Source of the DNA: Candidatus Poribacteria bacterium
Lineage (GTDB): Bacteria > Poribacteria > WGA-4E > PCPOR2b
DNA length: 64,000 nt
Assembly: GCA_965215015.1 (NCBI GenBank)
Contig: OZ244042.1
Coordinates: 2,176,001 to 2,240,000, forward strand
Direction: 5' to 3'
This document shows, piece after piece, positions 52,502 to 62,872 of the stretch (position 1 is its first letter; each line of letters begins with the position of its first letter). The notes below the pieces were generated by a model. That model was not told the origin of the DNA. It searched no databases and worked only from the letters and a program-made list of their open reading frames with translations. A program made the translations under genes and the position numbers.

Positions 52502-52785
52502 TTAGCCTCCCCAGTCACTGCAACTAAAAGTGGTACACTCTGCCGCCGCTCTAGAACATACACGATTAGCCTCGTGGTACTAGAACTCACACCAACCACT
52601 GTACGGAAACATAGCACAAACTTGCTGTGCCACCCAGATAGCGTAGCAACAAGCGTTTCTTGCAGATGGACAATCGTGATGTGCCTCCGCATCTTGTACC
52701 TGAAAAGCCCCATACATCCCAAAACCAACTACCAATATCCCACAACCAACAACGAAACTTTCAACCGTCCTTTTGTTGCAAACAT
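52502..52785 (-). pseudogene. Disrupted Cys-rich secreted peptide gene
   Basis: AAGGAG RBS. MFATKGRLKVSLLVVG, frameshift, then ILVVGFGMYGAFQVQDAEA-HHDCPSARNACCYAIWVAQQVCAMFPYSGWCEF*YHEANRVCSRAAAECTTFSCSDWGG*. Confidence 0.65.
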
Positions 52786-53103
52786 TGAAAATCTCCTTAT
52801 TACCATCGTTTGTCCCAAAAACAAAAAAGGGCTGCATCATCGATATTCTCGAATCGCGCAGCCCTTTGTTTTAGGTAGAAACAGGGGACGAAAAAGGATT
52901 ATATTATTGGCGATTGTAATCCCAACCCATTTCGAGGCACACTCTCATTTCGTTTCGGGAGCTCCGAGAAGAGCCCTTGAGGCTCCCACAATCTCCGCAA
53001 TCGCATCATCCTAAAGGAGTTGGCGAATCTAGCAGAAGAGTTGAAGATTGACATTCGTTGCGAATGGTGAGAAGAACGTTGCTCACTTGCTCTTGACTAC
53101 GCC

Positions 53104-53874
53104 CTACCACCGCCATTCTTTGGGACGCCACAGATGCTCTTCCTGTACCCCCAATTCCTTCAAAATCGGCTCAAGTTCCGATAATCCTCTTAGCTCATCA
53201 GTCTTATGGGCGTCGCTACCAACAAGCAGTTTCACTTCCCGCTCTAGACACAACTGGTAAAACTCAATTAAGTGCCTCTGATTGTATCGGACAAACTTGG
53301 GACTGATTTCAATGGCAATTTCGCGCTGGGAGGCGAGGTCTAACTGGTGAATCAGTCGTTTCTGATCGATGTGCCGCATCATCTCACTTCCAAATGCCGA
53401 TACCTCCTCATTGGACAAGCGGAAGACATTCGGCGTCAGAACAAATGGATGGGCGACAGCATCGGTTAGCGGACAAGCAATAGCGGCTTCAAACATATAG
53501 AGTTCATGGTTCGCAACTCTTCTGGGATTGCCGAGATCTGACGGGAGCGCAACTCCACGCAGATGATAATGGTTTGGTGCCATCAAAACATAATCAAAGT
53601 ATGATGCCAGCTGAATATTGATGGAAGCAACTCGGTATTCCAAGATGTGTGATTCAACGCCAAAGTGAACAGGAATTGGCGGCTCACACTTCTGGATAAT
53701 TTTTCTGACCGCTTCAATGTTCTTGGCTTTATAGCCATACGCATAATCGTGATCGGTGATGCCGATTTCCTTCATGCCGCGTTCTTGTTGGATTTTAATA
53801 ACTTTTTCTATATCAAAATCTCTAGCAGCACAAGGGGAAAGTCTCGTATGTATATGATAATCACAATTGAACAT
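53104..53874 (-). CDS. PHP domain protein (phosphoesterase)
   Basis: DYHIHT, ITDH, AHP and GSDAH motifs. Confidence 0.92.
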   Translation of the reverse strand: MFNCDYHIHTRLSPCAARDFDIEKVIKIQQERGMKEIGITDHDYAYGYKAKNIEAVRKIIQKCEPPIPVHFGVESHILEYRVASINIQLASYFDYVLMAPNHYHLRGVALPSDLGNPRRVANHELYMFEAAIACPLTDAVAHPFVLTPNVFRLSNEEVSAFGSEMMRHIDQKRLIHQLDLASQREIAIEISPKFVRYNQRHLIEFYQLCLEREVKLLVGSDAHKTDELRGLSELEPILKELGVQEEHLWRPKEWRW

Positions 53875-54127
53875 GCTTTGGACTCCTTCAGTAAAGACAA
53901 CCCCAACACGCTGGCTGATTAATATATGATTGCAAATAGTTATTTATTGAATCTAACGTTGGAATTATCATATCGTTCCGATATTATGACAGATACTGAA
54001 AACGATTGCAAGCAAAAAAGATAGAAGAAACAAATTCCCTAAGAATCTCTCCCATCTCTTCCCTTTTTCCCTACCTTATTTTTACACCTTTTTTCTTATC
54101 AAAAAATCCTTTAGGTTTGGGGGCATG

Positions 54128-55123
54128 TCACAGGGGCAGATCTATTGAGCAGCCCTGATCCGCGGACATATAAAACGCCTGCATCAGTTCAGTGAGGTTG
54201 CGACCATCTTGAATTGTGATGTGCATCGGCTCATCACGCAGGATGCTATTAACCCACTGCTGCATCGCCGAAGGTGGTGGTTCAGGACGACTAACGATGT
54301 AGTCCGCTTTTTCTTCGTCCGAGAGCTTGCGCGTTTCAAAGTGCATATCACCGTAATCGATAACAATCGAACCTTCCGTTCCGTAGAGTTCGAGCATGTT
54401 CGGGCCAGAACGGTGTGTCCATGAAACATCAATGATTCCAAGTGCCTTGTTCGCAAACTCAACTACCGAGACGCTGTTGTCATCAATTGGGTAGTTACTT
54501 GTGAAGTTATTAATCTTGGAGATGGCACTCTTCGGCTCACCCATAAACCAACGGATGACGTCCACCCGGTGGCAACCCAGATCGAACAATGCACCGCCGC
54601 CCGCCCGCTTTGTGTCGCCGAACCAGAGACTGGTACCTTTGAACCATTTATCCAATCCCGCCGAATGTGCAATACGTCCACGGCCAAAAGTAAGGTCCCC
54701 CAAGAGCCCGTCCTCAAGAGCTTTCTTCGCGAGCACAAGATCGGGGTTACAACGCGATGGTAGCGAGATCATGAACTTCACCCCTGCCTTCTCCACAACT
54801 TCGATAATCTGGTCGCATTCATCAACGGTAATGGCAAGGGCTTTTTCGGTGAAGATATGTTTACCCGCTTCCGCCGCCGCAATCATTACTTTAGGGTGAT
54901 CCGAAGTTATTGCATTAACGACAACGGCGTCGATGTCAGCCCGAGCGAGGATTTGGTCCAAATCCGAATAGAATGGGACATTGTATTCTTCAGCGGCCTG
55001 TTTGCCTCCGTATTCCTCTTCGTCCCAAACAGCCGCTAATTCGGTTTCTGGGCTTTCCCGAATCTGGTTAGCATATCCTCTTGCGTGGACGTGAGCAAAA
55101 CTGAGTTTGGCGATTTTAATCAT
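54128..55123 (-). CDS. Gfo/Idh/MocA family oxidoreductase
   Basis: GKHIFTEK and GGGALFDLGCH motifs. AAGGAG RBS before MIKIAK. Confidence 0.92.
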   Translation of the reverse strand: MIKIAKLSFAHVHARGYANQIRESPETELAAVWDEEEYGGKQAAEEYNVPFYSDLDQILARADIDAVVVNAITSDHPKVMIAAAEAGKHIFTEKALAITVDECDQIIEVVEKAGVKFMISLPSRCNPDLVLAKKALEDGLLGDLTFGRGRIAHSAGLDKWFKGTSLWFGDTKRAGGGALFDLGCHRVDVIRWFMGEPKSAISKINNFTSNYPIDDNSVSVVEFANKALGIIDVSWTHRSGPNMLELYGTEGSIVIDYGDMHFETRKLSDEEKADYIVSRPEPPPSAMQQWVNSILRDEPMHITIQDGRNLTELMQAFYMSADQGCSIDLPL

Positions 55124-55199
55124 ATTATGACTCCTTAGTGATTCTGAATCTGGGGGTATCACTGCTTTATAATAAAGGTTGTGCTGCATCCCGTGGTCT

Positions 55200-55407
55200 T
55201 TTCAATATGGATTCACTATTTAATGCTTCTGCCCAATCCGCTAGATAATCCAGATCCAGTTTTTCATATTCGACTTCATAGATTCGCAATGAAGAATTTC
55301 TTGCTAAACTTGGATAATTCAAATGCTTTCATCAACTGTTGTTCAGGCGACAGGTGCCGAAGGACTTCAATATATTGTTTATGATTTGGACGTTCTTTGA
55401 TATCCAT
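55200..55407 (-). pseudogene. Internally deleted two-gene remnant (small antitoxin-like gene plus nucleotidyltransferase-like tail)
   Basis: MDIKERPNHKQYIEVLRHLSPEQQLMKAFELSKFSKKFFIANL* (55407-55276) overlaps IYEVEYEKLDLDYLADWAEAL in another frame. Confidence 0.5.
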
Positions 55408-55421
55408 ATTCTGTCACACCT

Positions 55422-56369
55422 TTATTTTTTTGATGTTCCTTCGTCAGAAATTGTAGAACTCGTAATCTCTAAAAATAGATCCGCCAATCCGTATTCAGTT
55501 CTCTGAAAACGTGAAACTGTGACATCTCCGCGAATCAAATCTTTTAGTAAGCTGGTAATTTCTACCTCCGTCATTTGTGATTCAATCTGGATTAGCGTGT
55601 CTGTAATTTGTAGAGAAACCACCCCCGACCTTTCATTGAGAATGGCTTGAGCGGCCTCCATACCTGATGTGACTTCGATTTCCAGTCGATGCTGCCCCCC
55701 ATACCGATTGGAAATGTCGCGCATCTCTCCGTAAAACGCAAAACGTCCCTCATTCAGAATGCCAATACGGTTGCATGGGGTTATCACATCAGCCAGACAG
55801 TTTGTCGCCAGAATCGCTATTTTACCCATCGCGCCCAGTTCTTGGATTAATACCCCCATTTCGGCTTGCCCTTGCAGATCTAAGAGTGAAATCGGTGCGT
55901 CAAACAACCAAACCAACGGATCGTGCAGGAAGGTTTTGGCTAAACACAATCGTTGTTTCTGCCCCAGCGACAAGTGTTGAATTTTTTGGTCTCGCAGCGT
56001 TGCCAGATCCATTAAATCCAGAACGTCTTGGATGCCCATCGCACGCTGTCCTTTTTCCAATTTATAGGCGGCAGCGAAAAACTCAAGATATTCCTGAATA
56101 GAGAGGGTTGGATAGCCCTCAAAGGTTTGGGGAACATAGCCGATGAGGGGGCGCACAATACGAACATCCTTCATTGCATCATATCCAGCGATTTCTATAG
56201 AACCAGAGGTCGGCTTAATCAGCGTTGCGATGATCTTTATGAGAAGCGTTTTGCCTGAACCATTTGGTCCTAACAGTGCCAGACGATCCCCAGCTTCTAA
56301 ACGAAAATTTAGATCGGTGAGAATCGGTTTCTCCTGAAAAGATTTGCACAATTCTTGGACGCGAATCAC
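55422..56369 (-). CDS. ABC transporter ATP-binding protein (CcmA/DrrA-like)
   Basis: GPNGSGKT, GYVPQ and LSLGQKQR motifs. GTG start with GGAG RBS. Confidence 0.88.
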   Translation of the reverse strand: MIRVQELCKSFQEKPILTDLNFRLEAGDRLALLGPNGSGKTLLIKIIATLIKPTSGSIEIAGYDAMKDVRIVRPLIGYVPQTFEGYPTLSIQEYLEFFAAAYKLEKGQRAMGIQDVLDLMDLATLRDQKIQHLSLGQKQRLCLAKTFLHDPLVWLFDAPISLLDLQGQAEMGVLIQELGAMGKIAILATNCLADVITPCNRIGILNEGRFAFYGEMRDISNRYGGQHRLEIEVTSGMEAAQAILNERSGVVSLQITDTLIQIESQMTEVEITSLLKDLIRGDVTVSRFQRTEYGLADLFLEITSSTISDEGTSKK

Positions 56370-56624
56370 AACTTGAAAATCTCCGAAGTTGGGGAAAAGT
56401 TCCAAAAGTAACGTGTATTGTTTTGTTTTCGGTAGGGAATAACGGTTGTGGCTCTCTGCTTTAACCGCAGCGACTCTCCTTCCCAACGCACAGTAGTAGG
56501 CGCGTTCCGATGTGCGATAATTTGCACGACGGTTACAGCATACCGAGTATACCCAACCATTACACATTATAGCACGTGAATCTCGATTTGGAAATGGTAA
56601 TTCTGTAAAAGGGGCGAAATCATT

Positions 56625-57961
56625 TCATTTACCCCCATTTTTTTTTGGTTATAGATTTGAGATATTTTTATGATTTAGGATAGTGAGAATACCTGTCATT
56701 AAGGGTGTTTGCATGTATCTCCCCTGCACAGTGGGAGTGTGAACCATGGATTGAGACACCACCCGCTCCACGCCTCAGCCACCACTCGCTTTATCACGGT
56801 AATGAGTGAGTATATTTTAGTCCGTGTGTTGAATGTTTTTGCCCATCGATCGCCTGACTTTTGATAGGTGATAAACAGTAAGCCATAACTGATACAAGCT
56901 AAGAGCCATAACAGGTTGATGCGGGCTTTTGACGGTTTTTTGAGTCTCAAGCTGCCAAAGCCAAAACCGGTCTTGATGTCCCGAAAGCCGTGTTCAATCT
57001 GCATTCTTCGCTTATAATAGTGGTATATTTGACGCCCCGTCAGATGACTTGAAATCAGATACATCGGTTCAGCCAACCGCGCCTCTCTGACGACATACAG
57101 GTTGAGTCGAATCGGCTCGGTTAAGTGATAGAGAATCTGTGGATAGAACCCCGTTTCCTGCAACTGTTCTGCCTTTTTAACAGTGCCCCAGACGGTCATG
57201 CGCGCGTTACGACACACGCGGATGATAAACGGAATCCGTTGTGTCTTGAGAAACTTTATCACATATTTAGCACGCGCGAAGCCTCTATCGAATATCAACG
57301 TGGCTTCACACGGGGGCGGTAAAATCGCTTCTGTCTTTTGATACAGTGTGAGACAAAAGCGTTGGATAATCTCATTATGGCTGGTATAGGTCAACTGTTG
57401 AATCTCAGCATCGGTGTAGAGGTGCCAGTAGATAGGAACCGCCCGGCGGCGGAACGGCACCGCGGCAACAATCGCTTTGAAATGGCCAAACACCTGGGTT
57501 TCATCCACTAAAATCAACCGGCGTCCGGCGTGACGTTCACAGACCCGGCGGAGCACAAAGCCCAACCAGCACCCCATCACCGCGTCAATAGGAAAGCGAC
57601 GAGCTAAGAATCGAAGCAGGCGTTTCTGTTTCGTCTTTTGATGTTTGACGGCTACTGGCAAGCGTAAAGCAATTTCGTTTATCCGAAACTTCTGGGCCAA
57701 CACAATGGCTAGGATCGTGAGTATCAGGTTTTTTAACGCCGGTTTTTTCAATACGGGGTTGAAAATCTCGGTCAGAGTGGTTATCATAGAACTGGGATTC
57801 ACCCGCTTATGGCGGTGGGTGCCTTTCATAATACCTCCTTGTTTAAAACAATGGTTATTTTATACAGGGAGGTATTTTACCATATTTGATAACCCTTTCT
57901 CACATCTAGACCTCGCAAAAACAACCAACATTACAACTCTAAAAAAAATGGGGGTAAGTGA
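56625..57961 (-). mobile_element. IS4-like insertion sequence
   Basis: Terminal IRs TCA(T/C)TTACCCCCATTTTTTTT. Flanking 11-bp direct repeat GGCGAAATCAT at 56613-56623 and 57962-57972. Confidence 0.9.
56699..57829 (-). CDS. IS4-family DDE transposase
   Basis: ILVDET, FDRGF and YKRRMQIEHGFRDIK (YREK motif). Confidence 0.93.
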   Translation of the reverse strand: MKGTHRHKRVNPSSMITTLTEIFNPVLKKPALKNLILTILAIVLAQKFRINEIALRLPVAVKHQKTKQKRLLRFLARRFPIDAVMGCWLGFVLRRVCERHAGRRLILVDETQVFGHFKAIVAAVPFRRRAVPIYWHLYTDAEIQQLTYTSHNEIIQRFCLTLYQKTEAILPPPCEATLIFDRGFARAKYVIKFLKTQRIPFIIRVCRNARMTVWGTVKKAEQLQETGFYPQILYHLTEPIRLNLYVVREARLAEPMYLISSHLTGRQIYHYYKRRMQIEHGFRDIKTGFGFGSLRLKKPSKARINLLWLLACISYGLLFITYQKSGDRWAKTFNTRTKIYSLITVIKRVVAEAWSGWCLNPWFTLPLCRGDTCKHP

Positions 57962-57975
57962 GGCGAAATCATCGG

Positions 57976-58005
57976 TTGACTCTATCCTTCAATTTGTAGT
58001 ATAAT
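57976..58005 (+). promoter_or_regulatory. Sigma70-type promoter of tyrS
   Basis: TTGACT, 18-bp spacer, TATAAT. Confidence 0.55.
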
Positions 58006-58095
58006 TAGCCAACGCATTATTCAATTCATACGACTTCTAAACATCAAATTTCTTAGTCCCGATCTTTTATCGGAGGAGGCATTGAGGAATACAAG

Positions 58096-59325
58096 GTGCA
58101 TGTAGAATTAAACATTGACGAACAGGTGGCACTTATTCGCAGAGGTGCCGCAGAGATTATCTCTGAGGCAGAACTCGCTCAAAAATTAGAGACTGCGAGA
58201 ACAGAAAAACGTCCCCTTCGTATCAAACTTGGATTAGATCCAACAGCACCGGATATCCACCTTGGTATTGCAGTTGTCTTGCGCAAACTGCGCCAGTTTC
58301 AGGATCTCGGGCACGAGGTTATCCTTATTATCGGTGACTTTACGGCAACGATTGGGGATCCAAGTGGCAAATCGAAAACGCGACCGCAACTAACAGCAGA
58401 AGAGGTCAAGCGTCACGCTAGAACCTATGCAGACCAATATTGCATGATCTTGGACGAAGCCAAGACCCGCGTTGTGTTCAACGGTGAATGGCTTGATGAG
58501 ATGTCTTTTGGGGATGTCATTAGACTTAGTGCCCAAACAACGGTGGCACGCATTTTGGAACGAGATGACTTTACCAATAGGCTCCAAGCCGGTGCTTCGG
58601 TTGGGATGCATGAACTCCTTTATCCGATTTGTCAGGGCTACGATTCTGTCGTCTTGGAAGCAGATGTAGAGATGGGGGGGACGGATCAGAAATTCAATAT
58701 CCTGATGGGACGTGACCTCCAACGCGCTTATGGACAAGAACCCCAAGTAATCCTGTTAATGCCGTTACTTGTCGGTCTCGATGGGATTGAGAAAATGAGC
58801 AAATCGTTAGGGAACTCTGTTGGAATCTATGAACCGCCCTCCGAAATGTATGCCAAGTTGATGTCCATCCCCGATAAACTCATGTCTACCTATTTCGAGT
58901 TGGCGACAGATATACCGCTCGACGAAATTCGTACGTTTGAAACGCAATTAGTAAATGGAAGCCTCCATCCCAAGACCGTCAAACAGCGGCTTGCCCGTGA
59001 GATTGTGACAATCTACCATAGTTCAGATGCGGCGCAGACAGCGGAAGCTGAATTTGATCGGGTACATCGCGATCGACAACTTCCCGATAATCTCCCCGAA
59101 GTTGTTATTCCAGCGTCTTCCCTCACTGATGGCAAGATCTGGATTGCTCATCTGATGCAGCAAGCCGGTTTTGCCAAGAGTTCTAGTGATGCTAGACGCT
59201 TGGTGCAACAAGGTGGGGTGCGCCTCGATGGCCACAGAATCACGGATCCAGCGTTGGAGGTCTCTTTACAGGGAGAAGCCATCCTGCAAGTCGGGAAGCG
59301 GCGGTTTGCGAAGTTAATCATTTAG
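58096..59325 (+). CDS. tyrS: Tyrosine--tRNA ligase
   Basis: KLGLDPTAPDIHLG, QGYDS, GGTDQKFN, KMSKS and a C-terminal S4 domain. Confidence 0.98.
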   Translation: MHVELNIDEQVALIRRGAAEIISEAELAQKLETARTEKRPLRIKLGLDPTAPDIHLGIAVVLRKLRQFQDLGHEVILIIGDFTATIGDPSGKSKTRPQLTAEEVKRHARTYADQYCMILDEAKTRVVFNGEWLDEMSFGDVIRLSAQTTVARILERDDFTNRLQAGASVGMHELLYPICQGYDSVVLEADVEMGGTDQKFNILMGRDLQRAYGQEPQVILLMPLLVGLDGIEKMSKSLGNSVGIYEPPSEMYAKLMSIPDKLMSTYFELATDIPLDEIRTFETQLVNGSLHPKTVKQRLAREIVTIYHSSDAAQTAEAEFDRVHRDRQLPDNLPEVVIPASSLTDGKIWIAHLMQQAGFAKSSSDARRLVQQGGVRLDGHRITDPALEVSLQGEAILQVGKRRFAKLII

Positions 59326-59511
59326 CATTTGGTGTCCGATTGGGTGGAGGAGGTGTATCGGTCGAGGTCTGAATCTCCACCGACAACGCTTCGAGAGGGC
59401 AACGGCGTAAGTCCTATCTGCATTAAAATAGGTTTGCCGAATCTGATTTTATCGCAAAGGATCTCAGGTTGGCAGGTGGAGATTAGGGGTAAGTCCAATG
59501 GGTATTAAAAT

Positions 59512-60282
59512 ATGATTTTTGTGACCAACGATGATGGGATTGACGCACCGGGGCTGGAAGCCCTCGCGGAGGCACTTGAAACTCTCGATGAGGTTTATGT
59601 TGTGGCACCAGATCGGGAACGAAGTGCTGTCGGTATGGCGATTACGCTTTATCAACCGCTTAGAGCCAAGCAGGTTCGGACGCGCGCCTACGCGGTTGAT
59701 GGGACACCGGTTGATTGCGTGGACCTTGCACTCGGTACCCTGCTCCCCGAACCACCAAAATTGCTGGTCTCTGGCATCAATCGGGGGCAGAATCTCGGGG
59801 CTGATATTCACTTTTCAGGCACAGTTGGGGCGGCGAAAAAAGGAACGCTATCAGGGATTCCGTCAGTTGCGGTTTCCCTCGCTTTAGAGGGGGTAGGAGA
59901 ACAATCTGACTTCCACTACAAAACAGCAGCAACGGTTGCGTGTCGCATTGCCAAGCAGGTAATCGAGAAGGGAATGCCAAGCCATATCCTGCTTAATGTC
60001 AACGTGCCGAATTGTCGGTTTTCGGAGGTTAAAGGCATTAAGATAACACGACAAGACCGTGGAAATTATAGTATAAATGCTCTCACGCGACTAGATCGGG
60101 GAGGACGCCCCTACTACTGGATTGGTGGAGAACGCACCCAAATTGACTTTGGAGGAGATACAGACCTCCATGCGATTCACAATCGACGTGTTTCAATTAC
60201 GCCCGTGCAGCTTGACTTTACAGACCACACCCTCATCACACCACTAAAGGCTTGGCTGGATGATGAAAATATGCAACTATAG
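59512..60282 (+). CDS. surE: 5'/3'-nucleotidase SurE
   Basis: TNDDG, GTPVDCV, SGINRGQN and SGTV motifs. Confidence 0.97.
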   Translation: MIFVTNDDGIDAPGLEALAEALETLDEVYVVAPDRERSAVGMAITLYQPLRAKQVRTRAYAVDGTPVDCVDLALGTLLPEPPKLLVSGINRGQNLGADIHFSGTVGAAKKGTLSGIPSVAVSLALEGVGEQSDFHYKTAATVACRIAKQVIEKGMPSHILLNVNVPNCRFSEVKGIKITRQDRGNYSINALTRLDRGGRPYYWIGGERTQIDFGGDTDLHAIHNRRVSITPVQLDFTDHTLITPLKAWLDDENMQL

Positions 60283-60302
60283 TCTGAAAACGGAGAGGAG
60301 AC

Positions 60303-61331
60303 TTGCTTTATTTGACTCTTGTTCTCAAAGGATGTTGTATCGGCGTGGCGAATATTATTCCCGGTGTGAGCGGCGGCACAATGGCGGTTATGCTTGGCAT
60401 CTATGAACGATTAATTCGCGCCTTGCACCACATCGGATTTTCAACAGTTAGAAAACTTTTGGCAATTTTTACCTTAAAAAAGGGTACAATATCTGAAGCG
60501 CGTGCAGAGCTGCGTCGTATCGATTTCCGATTTTTGATAGCCATTGCCTTCGGTGCACTGTTTTCTGTCGTTGTGTCAGCCAGACTGATTATTTATCTGC
60601 TGAAAGAGCAGCATGATCCGACTTATGGTTTCTTTTGTGGACTGGTGCTGACCTCTGTTATCATTCCATTCAAAATGCTGAAACACTTCACCGTTAAAGA
60701 GTGTGTTTCCCTTCTTCTTGCTGCAGGGTTAACGGTGGCATTGACACTTAGCATGAGTGGAGAGAAAAGACTGGAAAGTGAGCGACGAAAACATGAACTG
60801 AAGGAGAGTCACTTCAGCAGAAGTATAATTACAGAGACGGATACCTCTACAACCACTCCAGGAGAAATATCAAAAGACACAAATCACACGATTGGCAAAC
60901 TACTTTATTTGTCCCTTTGTAGTGTTATTGCGGTTTCCGCGATGGTTCTTCCCGGTATCAGCGGTTCATTCGTCTTTCTCTTGTTGGGCGTTTATTTCGA
61001 CATACTAGCGTCGGTGAATAATCGGGACTGGATTGTGATAGGGTTTGTTGCTTTAGGTGGCATTGTCGGGTTGTTAGCGTTCACCCGGTTGTTAAATTAT
61101 GTCCTTGAACGTCATTACGATTCGACAGTATCTTTCTTAATTGGATTGATGGTTGCTTCACTCTACGGGCTTTGGCCCTTCCGAAGTTATGAAATGGTTG
61201 GTGAGGAACGTATCGACATCGCTCATATTCTACCACAAGCTGACATGAATCTGATTATCACAATTTTAGCCTCTCTGATTGGTTGTGGAGTGGTTCTACT
61301 GTTTTATCGTTTGGAAAGTCAAAGAAACTGA
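60303..61331 (+). CDS. DUF368 family membrane protein
   Basis: ANIIPGVSGGTMA and AMVLPGISGS motifs. Confidence 0.92.
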   Translation: MLYLTLVLKGCCIGVANIIPGVSGGTMAVMLGIYERLIRALHHIGFSTVRKLLAIFTLKKGTISEARAELRRIDFRFLIAIAFGALFSVVVSARLIIYLLKEQHDPTYGFFCGLVLTSVIIPFKMLKHFTVKECVSLLLAAGLTVALTLSMSGEKRLESERRKHELKESHFSRSIITETDTSTTTPGEISKDTNHTIGKLLYLSLCSVIAVSAMVLPGISGSFVFLLLGVYFDILASVNNRDWIVIGFVALGGIVGLLAFTRLLNYVLERHYDSTVSFLIGLMVASLYGLWPFRSYEMVGEERIDIAHILPQADMNLIITILASLIGCGVVLLFYRLESQRN

Positions 61332-61522
61332 TGCTAATCGGGTAGGTTCTATTGAAATTTGAAAATTAAACTAATCTCAATCTGCCTTGAGGCCATTTTG
61401 GACGACTATCTATTTTTTTAGAGGTAGGGCGATGATTACAGCATTTCCTAAATTCGTGCAGCGAAATGTCAATACCCGCTAGTGAGTCTTACTATACACC
61501 TGCCCTGATAGGAATGAACAAC

Positions 61523-62578
61523 ATGAGCAATTTTAGGTTTATCGATTTATTTGCAGGAATTGGAGGCCTGCGTATTCCATTTGAAAGGTTGGGTGGAGAG
61601 TGTGTTTTCAGCTCGGAGTGGGACGAACATGCCCAGCGGACCTATTATCATAACTTCGGGGAAATGCCAAAAGGAGACCTCACCAAAATTGATGGGCAGA
61701 ACATTCCAGACCACGACATTTTACTTGCAGGTTTTCCTTGTCAGCCATTTAGCATTATAGGTGAGAAACAAGGCTTTGCAGACACGCGGGGAACACTATT
61801 TTTTGACATAGAGCGAATTCTTGCAGAAAAAAAACCGGGGGCATTCCTTCTTGAAAATGTGAAGCAACTTGCATCCCACGACAGAGGAAGAACATTCGCC
61901 GTGATTCAATCCCATCTTCTCAATCTTGGTTACACAGTTTACCACGAAACTCTAAACGCTCTTGATTTCGGTTTGCCTCAAAAGAGAGAACGGGTGTTTA
62001 TCGTTGGTTTTCGTGAACCAATAGCATTTGCTTTTCCTAGAGGAAACGGGGAGTATAAGTCTCTTTCAGAGATTCTTGAGCCAGATGACAAGGTAGACCC
62101 TAGTTTATTTGCGTCGAAAAAAATCCAAAAATCCCGTCTGGAAAAATGCAAGGTCAATCCGTTTTATCCCTCTATCTGGCATGAGAATAAGGGGGGTAAT
62201 ATATCGGTATTGCCTTTTTCATGTGCTTTACGGGCAGGCGCATCTTATAACTATCTTTTAGTAAATGGCATTAGACGTCCATCAGGGCGAGAGTTATTGC
62301 GTTTACAGGGTTTTCCAGAAAATTTTAAGATTGTTGTAAACATTACGCAGCTTCGGAAGCAGACAGGGAATAGTGTTGCGATTCCCGTTGTTACCTCAAT
62401 TGCAGAAAAAATGCTGGCAGCACTCAAGGAACGGGAACCGGTGTGGTGGGCAACCGAACAACTGGCTCTTTTTGAAAAAAGCAAGGAGTTTATACCTAAT
62501 GAACAACCGATGTTGATATTTGGCTCCCTTGAACTTTTTCGGATTAGGTATCAACCTAATGAGGCTAGCGATATTTAA
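61523..62578 (+). CDS. DNA (cytosine-5)-methyltransferase
   Basis: DLFAGIGG, GFPCQPFS, LLENVK, PQKRERVF, LRLQGFP and KQTGNSV motifs. Start position uncertain. Confidence 0.96.
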   Translation: MSNFRFIDLFAGIGGLRIPFERLGGECVFSSEWDEHAQRTYYHNFGEMPKGDLTKIDGQNIPDHDILLAGFPCQPFSIIGEKQGFADTRGTLFFDIERILAEKKPGAFLLENVKQLASHDRGRTFAVIQSHLLNLGYTVYHETLNALDFGLPQKRERVFIVGFREPIAFAFPRGNGEYKSLSEILEPDDKVDPSLFASKKIQKSRLEKCKVNPFYPSIWHENKGGNISVLPFSCALRAGASYNYLLVNGIRRPSGRELLRLQGFPENFKIVVNITQLRKQTGNSVAIPVVTSIAEKMLAALKEREPVWWATEQLALFEKSKEFIPNEQPMLIFGSLELFRIRYQPNEASDI

Positions 62579-62766
62579 TGTCCCCTAAAAATAGAAAAAA
62601 GAATTTAACTGAACTTCAAGCCGCTGCGGTTGAGGCCTACCGTCAACGGTTAGCTGAAACTGTACCGGAGGTTGAGATTCTCAACGCTTTTGCGACAGAT
62701 GGCATTATCGAAGTGAAATTGAAGATGCCTCAGCACGAAATTTTGCTATGGGAAAGCGCGTTGTGA
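62578..62766 (+). CDS. Small hypothetical protein, possibly truncated
   Basis: Overlaps the methyltransferase stop (TAATG); 62 aa. Confidence 0.4.
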   Translation: MSPKNRKKNLTELQAAAVEAYRQRLAETVPEVEILNAFATDGIIEVKLKMPQHEILLWESAL

Positions 62767-62872
62767 AACTCTCGGTTGAAGTGGAAAATTAGTTTAACGT
62801 GACGCTGCTGCCCTATGTTGTCCCACATGAAAACAGATTGAAAGGATTTTTTTTCGGAGCAAATTACCCTTT

